This document shows positions 17,916-28,726 of a DNA stretch of 64,000 bases, piece after piece. This DNA comes from Capsulimonadaceae bacterium. Its GTDB lineage: Bacteria; Armatimonadota; Armatimonadia; Armatimonadales; Capsulimonadaceae. How positions within the stretch are numbered: position 1 is the first letter of the stretch; every line of letters begins with the position of its first letter. Both the position numbers and the translations under genes were made by a program. The notes beneath the pieces are model-generated. The model made no database searches, was not told where the DNA came from, and was given only the letters and a program-made list of their open reading frames with translations. The stretch lies in contig OZ244065.1 in assembly GCA_965215505.1 (NCBI GenBank), positions 3,744,001 to 3,808,000 on the forward strand, written 5' to 3'.

Positions 17916-19013
17916 TCAGTTCGTCGAAATGGTTCCGGGCTTGTGTCCGCCCGCGATAATCACGCCCTCGCGCCACAGGAGTATCCCCAGGATAGAGCGG
18001 AGCGGGGAGATGAACCGCTTGATGTCCGCGGCATAGAACTCGTTCTCGCCGAAGATGTTGGGCTTGTTGGACTGGATGTTGAGGACGGCCACGATCTCCC
18101 CGGCGAACTCGACCGGCAGGCTGACGAAGCTGACGTACTGCTGCTTGGAAAAGAACTCGATCACCTCCCGCTTGACGGCGGGCGGCTGGCCTTCCAGGAG
18201 CGCATTCAGCCGGCCCGCGTCTTTGACATCCGGGATGACTGTTTCGTCGCCGGCGGCGAAGGCCCGCGCGGCCCCGAACAGCAGGCGCTCGTCGTCGGCA
18301 TCCACGGGGATCGCGAAGTCTCGGGGGACGCCCGAAGCGTTCTGCGCCCAGGCCGTGAGGAGAAGGACGGCCCGATACTCGTCATGCGGGCGCGACTGGT
18401 CGGCGAAATGGACCCGCCGGGCGTCGAGGTATTTGCCCGCCGCAAACTCCGACGTCGGGCGGGGCTGCATCAGGTTGGCGTTGACGTCAAGCTCGACCTT
18501 CTCCTGAAAGTAAGTGATCACAACCGAGGCGATGTACTTGAGCGTCTGCCGCTGGGCGAACTTGACCTGCTGGGCGTTATAGCCGTTCAGGTCTTGCAGG
18601 AGGTCCACCGCCCCGGAGAGTGTTTTGGTGTAGTCTTTGAGGAAGGCGTACTCGCCGGCCTGCCCTTGGAGCTGGCCGAGGTTGCCTCGCAGAGTCTTCA
18701 CCTGAGTCGCCAGGTTCCCCTTCTCGGCTTCGAGAGTCGTCACCTGATGCCGGTTTCTCGCCAGCACGCTGATCTTGTCCCACGCCTGGGCGAGCGACCC
18801 CGCGACCAGCAAAGCGCCGTAGGCCCACGGGTGATAGCCCTCCGAGTGGGGCGTATAGAGGTCCAAGTACCACGGGATCGCGACCCCACAGGCGAGCTGG
18901 AGGGCGATAAAGACCCAGGCCAAGATTGCGGAAAGCATTGCGTCAGGTATTCCGTCTGCCTGCCGCGTTTTCCTCCTCTGCGGGCGCCGATTCCTCCGCG
19001 CGCTACGCCCCAT
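17916..19013 (-). CDS. Membrane protein: 2 TM, coiled coil and GAF-like domain
   Basis: Two hydrophobic helices; SFVSLPV..EIVAVLNIQS..F GAF-like strands. Confidence 0.6.
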   Translation of the reverse strand: MGRSARRNRRPQRRKTRQADGIPDAMLSAILAWVFIALQLACGVAIPWYLDLYTPHSEGYHPWAYGALLVAGSLAQAWDKISVLARNRHQVTTLEAEKGNLATQVKTLRGNLGQLQGQAGEYAFLKDYTKTLSGAVDLLQDLNGYNAQQVKFAQRQTLKYIASVVITYFQEKVELDVNANLMQPRPTSEFAAGKYLDARRVHFADQSRPHDEYRAVLLLTAWAQNASGVPRDFAIPVDADDERLLFGAARAFAAGDETVIPDVKDAGRLNALLEGQPPAVKREVIEFFSKQQYVSFVSLPVEFAGEIVAVLNIQSNKPNIFGENEFYAADIKRFISPLRSILGILLWREGVIIAGGHKPGTISTN

Positions 19014-20302
19014 CAGGGCGAGGGGCTAAACACCTCGACCCGCGCATCGCCGTAGTCCGCGACATACACGTTCCCGCTCTTGTCTAACGTGATACCTTCC
19101 GGGCGGGCCAGGTCCCCATCCGCTCCCGATGTCCTGCCACTCCCGATCTGGGTTAGGAAAACGCCGCTGGGGCTGTATTTGTTCACGCAGTTTTCCTCAT
19201 TGTCCGTGACATAGATGTTCCCGCCCGCATCTAACGCCACGCCTCTCGGTACGCCCGTGTACCCCGCTTGCGGCCCGACTGCGCCGATCCTCGCGATCAA
19301 GGAACCTGTGGGACTGAACTTAGCGACCCCGCCCCGGCCGTCATCCGTCACATAGAAGTAACCCGAGGCATCTAAGGCGATCCCATTGCCGCCGATGAAC
19401 TGGCCGACGCCGAAGAGGCTCAAGTAGCTGCCCCCTGGCCCGAATTCCTCCACGCGATTACCGGGACCTGACGGACCGTTACCACCCGGAAAATAAGTGT
19501 CGGCGACGAAGACATCGCCGGATGTGTCAACGGCAATGCCGGAGGGACCTTGGAATTGGCCGTTCCCACTGCCGCTGGTTCCGAACTGGCTCAGATAGCT
19601 GCCGTTGGCATCGAATTTCACTACGCGCGTGTTGGAGGAGTCCACGACGAGGATGTTTCCGGCGGCGTCCACCGCTATTCCCAACGCGCCGGAGACTTGC
19701 CCTGGGCCTGCCCCCCCGAAGTCCAATAGTAGTGTTCCGGCAGGATTAAACTTCATCACGCGGAAGGAGGTCGTAATGTAGACATTACCGCTGCTGTCCA
19801 AGGTGATCGCTATCGGGGCGATGTTCGGACTGCCATCATTGGGTAACGTGAACTTGCTTTGGAAGACGTATGAAGGGCTGCTGCCGCCTCCGGTCCCAGT
19901 ACCCGTGCCGGTCCCAGTACCCGTGCCGGTCCCAGTACCCGTGCCGGTCCCAGTACCCGTGCCGGTCCCAGTACCCGTGCCGGTCCCAGTACCCGTGCCG
20001 GTCCCAGTACCCGTGCCGGTCCCAGTACCCGTGCCGGTCCCAGTACCCGTGCCGGTCCCAGTACCCGTGCCGGTCCCAGTACCCGTGCCGGTCCCAGTAC
20101 CCGTGCCGGTCCCAGTACCCGTGCCGGTCCCAGTACCCGTGCCGGTCCCAGTACCCGTGCCGACGGGCGTTGAGGGGGAGCCTGAGTTGCCGCCACCTGA
20201 ACAGCCGCTTAGGGCCAGGGATGTAAGAACAGCAAGGCCAGTATAACAAGACAAGTTGAAGGATAGACGGGGATGGAGCATATTTGACGGAGTCCTCGGC
20301 AT
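19013..20302 (-). CDS. NHL-repeat lipoprotein with long (GT)n linker
   Basis: Lipobox LSGC; repeated P.GIAVD..G.VYV.D..N.RV units. Confidence 0.85.
   Translation of the reverse strand: MPRTPSNMLHPRLSFNLSCYTGLAVLTSLALSGCSGGGNSGSPSTPVGTGTGTGTGTGTGTGTGTGTGTGTGTGTGTGTGTGTGTGTGTGTGTGTGTGTGTGTGTGTGTGTGTGTGTGTGTGTGTGTGTGTGTGTGTGGGSSPSYVFQSKFTLPNDGSPNIAPIAITLDSSGNVYITTSFRVMKFNPAGTLLLDFGGAGPGQVSGALGIAVDAAGNILVVDSSNTRVVKFDANGSYLSQFGTSGSGNGQFQGPSGIAVDTSGDVFVADTYFPGGNGPSGPGNRVEEFGPGGSYLSLFGVGQFIGGNGIALDASGYFYVTDDGRGGVAKFSPTGSLIARIGAVGPQAGYTGVPRGVALDAGGNIYVTDNEENCVNKYSPSGVFLTQIGSGRTSGADGDLARPEGITLDKSGNVYVADYGDARVEVFSPSP
19890..20159. repeat. 15 perfect copies of an 18-bp unit (ccggtcccagtacccgtg)
   Basis: Read directly; encodes GTGTGT on the minus strand. 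Confidence 0.95.
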
Positions 20303-20522
20303 GCAAGCACGGCCACGTTCATGGTCTGGCTCCCAAGAGCCTGATTGTCAGATATTATACCAGGACTACGGCTATGGCTGTGAACGCCTGTGCGCCCGGT
20401 CAGGACATAGGCGGCTCACAAGACCTTAACACAAAAACGCGCATTTCGGGGCGCGTTGTTGAAAGTCTGCCTGTTTGGGGGGCCAGCGCGTCGCGCCCGG
20501 CCCCCGCCTGCTCCCGCGTGCC

Positions 20523-21746
20523 CTACGCGGCCATCTTCAGCCCCTTGACCGCCTGGGCCTCGTACTTGGGCTTGTAGTCGGGGCACTTGTAGCTCTTGGA
20601 ATACTCCTTGGGGTTCTCGGCCTCGGCGACGTAGATCTGGGCGGAGTTGACGCCGCACTTCTCGCGCGTCCGGTCGTAGTTGCCGCAGTCGTAGCAGCGG
20701 CGCAGGATGGTCCAGCAGACGGAGCAGCGCATTGAGCCGACCAATTCCACCCGGCCGCACAGCGGGCAGTGGATATAGGTCTCCTGGAAGCCGTACTCTT
20801 TGGACTTCAGGGCCAAGCGCACCTTGCGGTTGAACTCCTCCAGGCCGCGCGAAAGCTCGGCGCAGGTGGCGAGGAGCTGGTTCATCTGCACGGCGCTCAG
20901 ATACTCGATGACGCGCTCGTCCAGCAGTTCCGAGAGCTGCTGGCCGACCTTATCAATCGCCTTCATGTGCTGCTCGGCGGTCGCGGGGCGGTAGGGCTTG
21001 GCCTTCTCCGCCCGTGCCCCCAATGTCTTCAAAAGCTGCTCGGTGATGGCGAGCGGGACGCGCAGGAAGGCCTCGCGCTTCTCGGGATGCTTGACGATGG
21101 CCCCCATGATGCGCTCGGAGTCGCCGACGTTCAGCTTCTCGGCCTTGATCTTCTCCACCATCCGCTTCTGCGAGCCGGGATCGTGGGCCAGCGCGGCGAG
21201 GGCGCGGGCGTGGCCCTCCGTCAGAAGGATCTGGCCCGCGGCGGGGGCGCGCAGGGTCAGTTCCTGCTGGACGAACGGGGGCAGTTCCAGCAGCTCCAGG
21301 GACCGGCGCAGGGTGGTTTCGGAGACGCCCAGTGTCTTGCCGCACTTCTCCCAGGACATGAAGGTCAGCAGGCCCTGGATGGCCCGCGCCTTCTCAATGG
21401 GGTTCATGTCCTCGCGCTGGAAGTTCTCCAGCAGGGCGTCGGCGTGGGCGTCCTCGTCGCTCATCTCCTTGACGATGGCCGGGATGGTGAGGTTGCCGGC
21501 GATCCTGGAGGCGCGGAAGCGGCGCTCGCCCATGACGATCTGGAACCTGTCCGAGCCGTCCGGCATCTTGAACGGGCGGACGACGATCGGCTCCAAAACG
21601 CCGCGCTCCTTGATGGAGGCGGCCAGCTCCTCTAGGGTGTCCTGGTAGAAGGACTTGCGCGGCTGGTTCTCGTTGGTGACGATCTGGTCCAGCGGCATCT
21701 GCCGGACGGTCTGCTCCGGCGGGCTGAGTTGTTTGGTTGTAGGCAT
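20523..21746 (-). CDS. ParB/Spo0J family protein with Cys-rich C-terminal domain
   Basis: NQPRK, GVLEPIVVR, MGERRFRA, ENFQREDMNPIEKA; CPLC, CSVC and CYDC at the C-terminus. Confidence 0.88.
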   Translation of the reverse strand: MPTTKQLSPPEQTVRQMPLDQIVTNENQPRKSFYQDTLEELAASIKERGVLEPIVVRPFKMPDGSDRFQIVMGERRFRASRIAGNLTIPAIVKEMSDEDAHADALLENFQREDMNPIEKARAIQGLLTFMSWEKCGKTLGVSETTLRRSLELLELPPFVQQELTLRAPAAGQILLTEGHARALAALAHDPGSQKRMVEKIKAEKLNVGDSERIMGAIVKHPEKREAFLRVPLAITEQLLKTLGARAEKAKPYRPATAEQHMKAIDKVGQQLSELLDERVIEYLSAVQMNQLLATCAELSRGLEEFNRKVRLALKSKEYGFQETYIHCPLCGRVELVGSMRCSVCWTILRRCYDCGNYDRTREKCGVNSAQIYVAEAENPKEYSKSYKCPDYKPKYEAQAVKGLKMAA

Positions 21747-22159
21747 GGGGCGCTCCGGGTCGATCTCTGTCAGGGTCAATCTCTGGGCGTGGGTCCGTGA
21801 ACATCTGGGCGTTGGCCCGTGAACAAAGGCGGGTTTTCGTGGGATAATCATCGGCAGATGTGGGCGGGAGCGAGAGGGGGCGTGGCCATGCGCGCCAGAA
21901 AGTCAGCGGTGATGGCGGGGGCCGTGAGGCAGGCGGAAACCGTGGAGCGGATGGAGGCGCGGCCGGGGCCGCCACGGGGGCGCGGCCTGCCCGACGCGGG
22001 GGCTTCCGGGACGCCCCGGTGGAAGCGGCGGGCTGGGCACTGCATGCCGCCAGGCTGGGCCGCAGCCAGGTCCGCCTGTCCGGCGACCCCGTCCCGTCGG
22101 TTCCCCGCGCCGCGCCGTTCCAGGCACCAGGCGTCTCGCGGCTAGAACGTGTGGCTGGT

Positions 22160-23872
22160 CTAGAACGTGTGGTTGACCGGATCGTAGTTAATCTCGCCGA
22201 CCCCCATGCCCTGCCGCAAGGTGGACGGGTCATTGGGATTAGGAAGTGCCAACAAGAGGTCCATCTTCTTTTTGCCGTCCTTGTCCTCGTGCAGCCCGCC
22301 GGACAGCCGCAGCTCGCTGAACCGGGTGACTTCCCTGGGCGGGTCGGCAGTGAGCCAACGAATCAAGGAGTCCATCGTGTCCACCATGAGGACGACCGCG
22401 AAGGCCCGCCCCTCCCGCTCCGACAGGGCCGACAGCGCCACCTCCCCGTCTTTGGAGGCCCGGATCTTCGGCTCCGCCGCCGTCCGGATCTGCCGCACGG
22501 CGTACACCATCAGTGGCGAGAGGTCAGAATGGATGGGCGATTCAGGGTCGAAAGCGCCATAGGTGGGGTGCATCCGGTAGGCGCGGACGAGCGGGTCGGG
22601 CAGGAACTGGTCCACGACGTCGTGCAGGGCGGCCACGTCCAGCGCGGGCGTCGGTGCCCGCCGGGTCACGCGCAGGCGGTCGTGGCCCTGCTCCCTGTCC
22701 TCGGTCAAAACGCGCAGGCTGTAGACGTCTGCCAGCGCAGCCACCTCCTGACGGGGCGTCATCGCCTCCGCACCGAAGACGGTGGCGCGCTTGGGGGCGA
22801 GGTACGGCTGGATCGTCACTTTCAGGCCGTCGCCCTTGCGGGCGTTGACGTTCACTTGCGTGAGGATGTCGCCCAGGGAGGCGCTGACGGGCGGGGCGGG
22901 CGCGGGGGCATCAGGCAGGACGGGGAGCGGGTCGGTTATGTCGCCGGGCATGATCTTCTCGTTCGCCTGCGGTATCGCAGGCGCGGACACGCTCACCGGT
23001 CTTGGGGTAATCCGTACCGGCCCGTCAGGTTGTACGTTTATCTGGTCGGGCTTGCTCATCGTGATGAAGACGGGCTTCCCATCGGTGCGGGTGGCTTCAT
23101 ACCCGAACAGGGGGACGTCGCCTTGGGGATCAAAGCGGGCGAGCCAGGGGTCGACCTGGGCAAAGGTACGCAAACCGAACTTGGGATCGGTCGCGGAAAT
23201 ACGGCGGAGGCCGGCGAGGGTCCTCGGGAGGTCGTTGATCGCCGTCTGCACGTACAGGTGCAGAAGGAACTGCTGGACCTCCTGCTGCTGGACCGGTGCC
23301 AGTGAGGTCACTGGAACCCCCCGGTGGATGTCCTTCATCGCCGCGAGCTGTTCGGGCGTCAGCAAGTAGACTAGATCGTGGATGGCGTGGCTTCGGTCGG
23401 GCAGCCCCAGCACGAGATGCGGGTTGAAGTTCTCGGCATAGCGGTTGGTCTCTTCCAGCGCCAGGGCGCACTCCTGGACGGTGACGGAGGGCAGATCGGC
23501 GGGGTCGGTGTACCGCTTCCTCAGCAGGAACACCGTGCCGGAGGGTAGAGCGCCGGAGGGCTGTACGTCGTAGTCATAGGCCGCCGCCAGTCTGGGCAGG
23601 AGGGTGGACAGCGGCTCGCCGTCGGGGTTCAGCTTCAGCCCTGCCGAAGACGTCAGGGCGGGGTGTAAGGGCTGGTCCTCGGCGACGAGGGCGACATGGG
23701 CCTGCTCGGAGAGGGCGGTGAAGGCGGAGAAGAAGGTGGACGCCTGGGCGGGGGTGATCCGGACGCGGGGATCGGGGGCGGCCTGGGCATGAGAGAAGGC
23801 CGGGAAAAGCAGCGGCAGCAGGGCTGCGGCCGTCGCGGTGCGGACGCGACCTAGGCGGACTCGACGTGGCAT
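22160..23872 (-). CDS. Secreted hypothetical protein
   Basis: Signal peptide ending SHA; upstream TTGACA-17-TATAGT promoter. Confidence 0.65.
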   Translation of the reverse strand: MPRRVRLGRVRTATAAALLPLLFPAFSHAQAAPDPRVRITPAQASTFFSAFTALSEQAHVALVAEDQPLHPALTSSAGLKLNPDGEPLSTLLPRLAAAYDYDVQPSGALPSGTVFLLRKRYTDPADLPSVTVQECALALEETNRYAENFNPHLVLGLPDRSHAIHDLVYLLTPEQLAAMKDIHRGVPVTSLAPVQQQEVQQFLLHLYVQTAINDLPRTLAGLRRISATDPKFGLRTFAQVDPWLARFDPQGDVPLFGYEATRTDGKPVFITMSKPDQINVQPDGPVRITPRPVSVSAPAIPQANEKIMPGDITDPLPVLPDAPAPAPPVSASLGDILTQVNVNARKGDGLKVTIQPYLAPKRATVFGAEAMTPRQEVAALADVYSLRVLTEDREQGHDRLRVTRRAPTPALDVAALHDVVDQFLPDPLVRAYRMHPTYGAFDPESPIHSDLSPLMVYAVRQIRTAAEPKIRASKDGEVALSALSEREGRAFAVVLMVDTMDSLIRWLTADPPREVTRFSELRLSGGLHEDKDGKKKMDLLLALPNPNDPSTLRQGMGVGEINYDPVNHTF

Positions 23873-24192
23873 GGGGGCCTCCCCGCAGGACCTCCCTGCG
23901 GCTTCAGGGTCGTCATCATGGGCCGCTCGTGAAGAGGGCACCTCCACTATAACACGCCCCCGTCGGGCTGTCAAACGGTGCCCGCGACGGGCAGGCGGAT
24001 AGGCCGCCCGCTTCGGGGCTTTAGAGAGGATACGGCAGAGGAGAGCGCGGTAAGAACGCGGCAAGAACAAGGAGGGCGCGGCAAGCGTCGCCCCTACAGC
24101 CCGCGATCGTGGCCTGCCCCCAACCCTGGAGGGGCTTTCACTCAGGAGTAGCCCGGCCATTCATGGTCGGGTGCCTCTGAGTCCCCCCCGCC

Positions 24193-26694
24193 TCACTCCC
24201 GGCGGGCGCTGCGGACCGGCGCGGGGACCGGCACGCCCGGCTTCAAGGCGTGCCACAGGATCGCGTTCAAGGCGTCCGGGTCCGCCCGGTCGGGGGCCGA
24301 GAAGTCCAGCCGCGCCGAGGCGACCGCCCCCGCGCCCTTGGCCGGGTTCCTGGCTTCCAGGTCCACGCGCGGGCCGATGTTCGCCCAGGCGGTCAGGTCG
24401 GGCGTGGCCGTGAAGCAGGAGAGCATCGGCGTGGCCGCCCGGTCGTACTGGGTCATGGGGGGCAGGTGGAGGATCATCTCCATCGTGCGGACCATGGAGG
24501 CCGTCGTGTACTGCGTGCTGTCCACGGCGCTGCGCTTGACGTAGGGGGAGATGACGAGGCCCTCAGTGCGGTGGGCGTCTATGTGGTCGGGTCCGTTCTG
24601 GGCGTCGTCCTCGATGACGAAGATGGCGGTCTCTTTCCAGAAGCGGGACTTGGAGATGCCTTCCACGATCCGGCCCAGGGCCTGGTCGTTCTCGGCGACG
24701 TTGGCGATGGGCGTGTACGCGCCCGCCTCAAGCCCCTGCGTGTGGTCCTCGGGCAGTGACATCACCATGAACTGCGGCCACACGCCGGTCTTCTCCGCCG
24801 CGCCCAGGTCACTCAGGAAGATGTCCGCCCGCCCGATGTCGCGCGGTCCCTTGAACCAGTCGAAGCCGGCGTATTCCGCGCTGGCGTGGCCGGCTAATCC
24901 CTTGCTCCCCGCGAAGACCGGCGGCGCGTTGGGGGTGGCGGTGAAATCGGCCTCCTCGCCGTAGGAGCGGTAGGAGACCCCGTGCCGCGCGCAGTCGTCC
25001 CAGATCTCGCCGGCGGGCGAGTCGGTCAGGCGCGAGTCGGCGTCGGGTTCGCCCCGGCTGCTGTAGGCGCTCGGCCAGACCTTCTCCACGAAGCCGGTGG
25101 CGTAGGCGGCGTCGCACCACTTGTGGCCGTCCTCCGAGACTTCGCCGTTGCAGTACAGGTTGTCCAGCAGGACGTAGTGCGAGGCCAAAGCGTGCGCGTT
25201 CGGCGTGACGCTCGCGCCGAAGATGGTCAGGCTCGGGTCGCCGTTGCCCGCCGTGAGGTCCCCGAACACCTGGTCATAAGTACGGTTCTCCCGGATGATG
25301 TACAGGACGTGCTTGATCTTGCCCAGGGTCGCCTTCATGTCCGGCCCGGCCTGTGCGGTCCTCGCGTTCAGGCCGGGCGTGTTGGCGTAGACCTGCCGGG
25401 TGTAGGCGGCCAGGCCCGCAGCGCCCGGCAGGCGCACGGCGCAGACCGCGCCGCTGAGGGCGCCGCCGATGTAGTCGTAGGCCTGGCCCGAGACGGGCTG
25501 GTTCCGCGTCCAGGGCGTCGTCGCCTTGTCGTTGGCGCGGAAGCTCAGGCCCTTGCCGGTCCCGACGTAGAGCGTCCGGCCGTCGGGGGCGAGGGCCAGG
25601 GCGCTGGGATACCAGCCGGTCGGAATAAAGCCGAGGACGCGGGAGGCGCGGGGGCGGGAGGTGTCTATGACGGCCACGTCGTTGTTGTCGGCGTTTGCGA
25701 CGTAGAGCCGCCCGCCGTCGGGGCTGAGGGCGAGGGCGTCCGGCGTGGACCCGACGGGGTCGGTGGGAGACAGCGAGGTCTTGACCGTTTCCGTCACCTT
25801 GCCGCCCGTGATGACGCTGACGCTGTTGCTGCCTGCGTTTGCGACGAACAGGCGTCCATCGTTGGCCCAGGCCAGCTCGTTGGGCTGGCTGCCGGCCGTG
25901 ACGCGGGTTCGTTCTTGCAGATTCGATGCGTCCAGCAGGCTGACCGTGCCGTCGCCCATGTTGGAGACGGCGAGCGTCGCCCCGTCCGGCGACAGGGCGA
26001 CGGCGTAGGGGCGGTAGCCGACGTGGGCGGTCGCTTGCAGGGCGGCGGGCGAGCCGGCGAGCTTGTAGACGACGTCGCCCTCGACCTCCGCCACATACAG
26101 CGCCCCATCCTTGCCCGCCGCCACCCCCGCCGTCCACCGCTCCTTGCCGTCCAGGAAGGGCACGGCCAGCGGCTCTTGCAGGGTGAGCCGTCCGTCCGCG
26201 TAGCCCAGCCGCAGCACGGTCTCCTTTAGGGAGGCGACGCGCCGGGCCGAAGCCCCGTCCTTGACCGCCTTGTCCAGAGAGGAGGGCGTGTCGCCCTGCC
26301 CGGCGGCGACGTAGATGGTCCGGCCCGACGGGTCGAAGCACATCCCCGCCCAGTCCTTCTCCACGTCCACGCTCTGCACCAGCCGGTTGGTGGCCGGGTC
26401 AATGAGGCTGACGCCGTGGTCGTGCCAGCCGCCGGTGAGGGCGAGCAGGAACCGGCCGTCGGGGCTGAACGCCATCTTCAGCGGCAGGTCGCCCGGCAGC
26501 GCGATGGGCGTCCCGGCCGGGGTGACGTGCCAGCCGTTGGGCAGCCGCGTCCCCGTCCCGTTGCCGTCGGGCAGGTCCGGGAGCGCGACCGCCTTGCGGG
26601 CCTCCCCCCGGCGCAGTCCGTGCGCGAGGCTGAAGCCCGCCAGGGCGGCGGTGAGGGCGAGCGTGACGGCGGGGAAGAGTGTGCGGCTTTTCAT
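24193..26694 (-). CDS. YVTN beta-propeller / phosphoesterase (alkaline phosphatase superfamily) protein
   Basis: P..LALSPDG repeats, IPTGWYP, IKHVLYIIRENRTYDQVFGD, EDDAQNGPDH. Confidence 0.88.
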   Translation of the reverse strand: MKSRTLFPAVTLALTAALAGFSLAHGLRRGEARKAVALPDLPDGNGTGTRLPNGWHVTPAGTPIALPGDLPLKMAFSPDGRFLLALTGGWHDHGVSLIDPATNRLVQSVDVEKDWAGMCFDPSGRTIYVAAGQGDTPSSLDKAVKDGASARRVASLKETVLRLGYADGRLTLQEPLAVPFLDGKERWTAGVAAGKDGALYVAEVEGDVVYKLAGSPAALQATAHVGYRPYAVALSPDGATLAVSNMGDGTVSLLDASNLQERTRVTAGSQPNELAWANDGRLFVANAGSNSVSVITGGKVTETVKTSLSPTDPVGSTPDALALSPDGGRLYVANADNNDVAVIDTSRPRASRVLGFIPTGWYPSALALAPDGRTLYVGTGKGLSFRANDKATTPWTRNQPVSGQAYDYIGGALSGAVCAVRLPGAAGLAAYTRQVYANTPGLNARTAQAGPDMKATLGKIKHVLYIIRENRTYDQVFGDLTAGNGDPSLTIFGASVTPNAHALASHYVLLDNLYCNGEVSEDGHKWCDAAYATGFVEKVWPSAYSSRGEPDADSRLTDSPAGEIWDDCARHGVSYRSYGEEADFTATPNAPPVFAGSKGLAGHASAEYAGFDWFKGPRDIGRADIFLSDLGAAEKTGVWPQFMVMSLPEDHTQGLEAGAYTPIANVAENDQALGRIVEGISKSRFWKETAIFVIEDDAQNGPDHIDAHRTEGLVISPYVKRSAVDSTQYTTASMVRTMEMILHLPPMTQYDRAATPMLSCFTATPDLTAWANIGPRVDLEARNPAKGAGAVASARLDFSAPDRADPDALNAILWHALKPGVPVPAPVRSARRE

Positions 26695-26803
26695 ACCCTA
26701 TTATGGCCGACGGGGACAGAGTTTCGGCCGAAATGACAATACTTGCCGCAGGCGACCCGGACCCGGCGGAAATACTTGCCGTTTTTCTACCCGCTGCGCT
26801 TGT

Positions 26804-26820
26804 TTGGCATGGTTTGTGCT
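26804..26820 (+). promoter_or_regulatory. Sigma54 promoter with upstream direct repeats
   Basis: TTGGCATGGTTTGTGCT; AATACTTGCCG at 26738 and 26771. Confidence 0.6.
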
Positions 26821-26921
26821 GTGCGGAACAGTGGCCACGTTGTGCGGCCACACGACGGTTATTTGGCCCTTTCAATCCGTTACGCTTTTTGCGGCCCCGC
26901 TTCCGAAAGGTTGATCCCCTC

Positions 26922-28427
26922 ATGCCTCCTGCCTACCCGCGATTGCCTGCGCTCTCCAGGCTCACGACTCTGGGCCTTGCTCTAGCCTCATCCCTGACCG
27001 CCGCGCCTGCCGACGCCCAGACGCAGGACCTGTTCGTCGCGAACCAGCACGGCAGCACGATCTCGCGCTTCGCCGGAACCGGACCCGGCACATTTTCGAC
27101 CAACCCGACGGTGATCTCCGGCGGCCTGAACCAGCCGGAAGGGCTGGCCTTCGACGGGCAGGGCGACCTCTTCGTGGCAAACAACCTGGACGGCACTCTC
27201 GCGGAATTCGCGGCCGGAACAACGCCCGGCGCGCTCGACGGGGCGACGACCGTCCGGACCGGCCTCAGCCAGCCGCAGGGCATCGCCTTCGACGCGCGGG
27301 GCGACCTGTTCGTCGGGAACTTCGGCTCCGACACCATCATCGAACTCCGGGCGGGAGCGGCCCCCGGCACCTTCGGCACGTCCACCACGCTCACCCCCGG
27401 CTATCTGAATGGTCCGGAAGGTCTGGCCCTCGACGCCCTGGGGAATCTGTACGCCGCGAGCTATGTCGGCACCGTCAGCCCCATCAACGACACCATCACC
27501 AGGTTCCAGTACAACCCCACGTCGGACGTTTTTACCTATGGCATGATCGCCGAGAACGGTCAGAACCGTGTCCAGGGCCTGGCCTTCGATGCGGCGGGCG
27601 ACCTGTTCGCCGCGAACGCCGGTACGAACAGCATCAGCGAGTTCATGGCGGGGGCGACGCCCGGCACTCTGGGCACGAGCACCGTGTTCACCGGGGGCGG
27701 CCTGAACTATCCGCGCGGCATCGCCATGGATGCGGAGGGTGATCTGTTCGTCGCAAACACCGTCGGCAATACCATCACCGAATTCGCTTTCGACCCCGCA
27801 ACGAAAACCTTCGGGGCCGGCACGGTCGTTGAGCGCGGCTTGAGCAGCCCTTCGTTCATCGCATTCGGCCCGTCCGCGCCCGTCCCCACCGCCTACAGCC
27901 AGAGCGTCACCACGGGACAGGATGCCCCCGCCGCCGTCCTCCTGAGCGGGAACGACACGAACTCCCCTCCGCTATCATTGACGTATGCCGTCTCGGTCCT
28001 GCCGCTGCACGGGACTCTGACCGGCACGGCACCGAACCTGACCTATACTCCCGCCGCAGGCTACTCCGGCCCCGACAGCCTCACGTTTTCGGCGAGCGAC
28101 GGCGTTGAAACCAGCGCGTCCGCGACGGTCGTCATTCAGGTGCTCACCCTGTCCTCGTTGGCCTTCGTTTCTCCGGTCCCCGGCGGCACCGTGCTGACCG
28201 CCACCGTCACCCTCAGCGCGGCCGGCACGTCGGACACCGTGGTCGGCACGGCGAGCAGCGACCCCTCCGTGGTGCGCGTCCCCCCGGCGCTGGTCATTCC
28301 GGCGGGGTCGAGCGGCGCGACGTTCTTGATCGCCACGTTCCGCAGCCACACGACCAAGGCGGTGACGATCACGGCGACGCTAGGTTCGGCGGTCCGGACG
28401 GTCCCGCTGACCATCACGGGCCGGTGA
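26922..28427 (+). CDS. Secreted NHL-repeat protein with Ig-like C-terminal domains
   Basis: Signal peptide; GL.QP.GLAFD..GDLFVAN repeats; HGTLTGTAPNLTYTP Ig-like module. Confidence 0.8.
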   Translation: MPPAYPRLPALSRLTTLGLALASSLTAAPADAQTQDLFVANQHGSTISRFAGTGPGTFSTNPTVISGGLNQPEGLAFDGQGDLFVANNLDGTLAEFAAGTTPGALDGATTVRTGLSQPQGIAFDARGDLFVGNFGSDTIIELRAGAAPGTFGTSTTLTPGYLNGPEGLALDALGNLYAASYVGTVSPINDTITRFQYNPTSDVFTYGMIAENGQNRVQGLAFDAAGDLFAANAGTNSISEFMAGATPGTLGTSTVFTGGGLNYPRGIAMDAEGDLFVANTVGNTITEFAFDPATKTFGAGTVVERGLSSPSFIAFGPSAPVPTAYSQSVTTGQDAPAAVLLSGNDTNSPPLSLTYAVSVLPLHGTLTGTAPNLTYTPAAGYSGPDSLTFSASDGVETSASATVVIQVLTLSSLAFVSPVPGGTVLTATVTLSAAGTSDTVVGTASSDPSVVRVPPALVIPAGSSGATFLIATFRSHTTKAVTITATLGSAVRTVPLTITGR

Positions 28428-28471
28428 CGCGGGGCGGCCTGTGACTCGACTCCTCCGCCCGCCCGGAGACA

Positions 28472-28500
28472 AGAAGGCCGCCCCGATGGGGCGGCCTTCT
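28472..28500. terminator. Intrinsic terminator-like hairpin
   Basis: agaaggccgcccc-gat-ggggcggccttct. Confidence 0.55.
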
Positions 28501-28618
28501 GAGTCTTGCCGGCGCGGACCGGCCCGTCTGTAAACGGGCCGCGCATCTGCTACAATGAAAACGAAAAGGCCGCCCCCGAAGGCGGCCTCTTCAATCTTGT
28601 CGAAAGGAGGTGCGTCCT

Positions 28619-28726
28619 ATGCGACAAGGCAACTGGCGCAAGGTCTTGAAACTCAAGACCATTGCACAGACTATTGCTGCGATTGCGTCGGCAATCGCGG
28701 CGATCCATCAGCTACCGAGGAAGTAG
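28619..28726 (+). CDS. 35-aa peptide, candidate type I toxin
   Basis: MRQGNWRKVLKLKTIAQTIAAIASAIAAIHQLPRK; strong GAAAGGAGGT RBS; TGcTACAAT upstream. Confidence 0.6.
   Translation: MRQGNWRKVLKLKTIAQTIAAIASAIAAIHQLPRK

Noticed and set aside
19890-20159. CRISPR array
   Set aside because: Contiguous identical 18-mers without spacers, in frame within a CDS; no cas genes.
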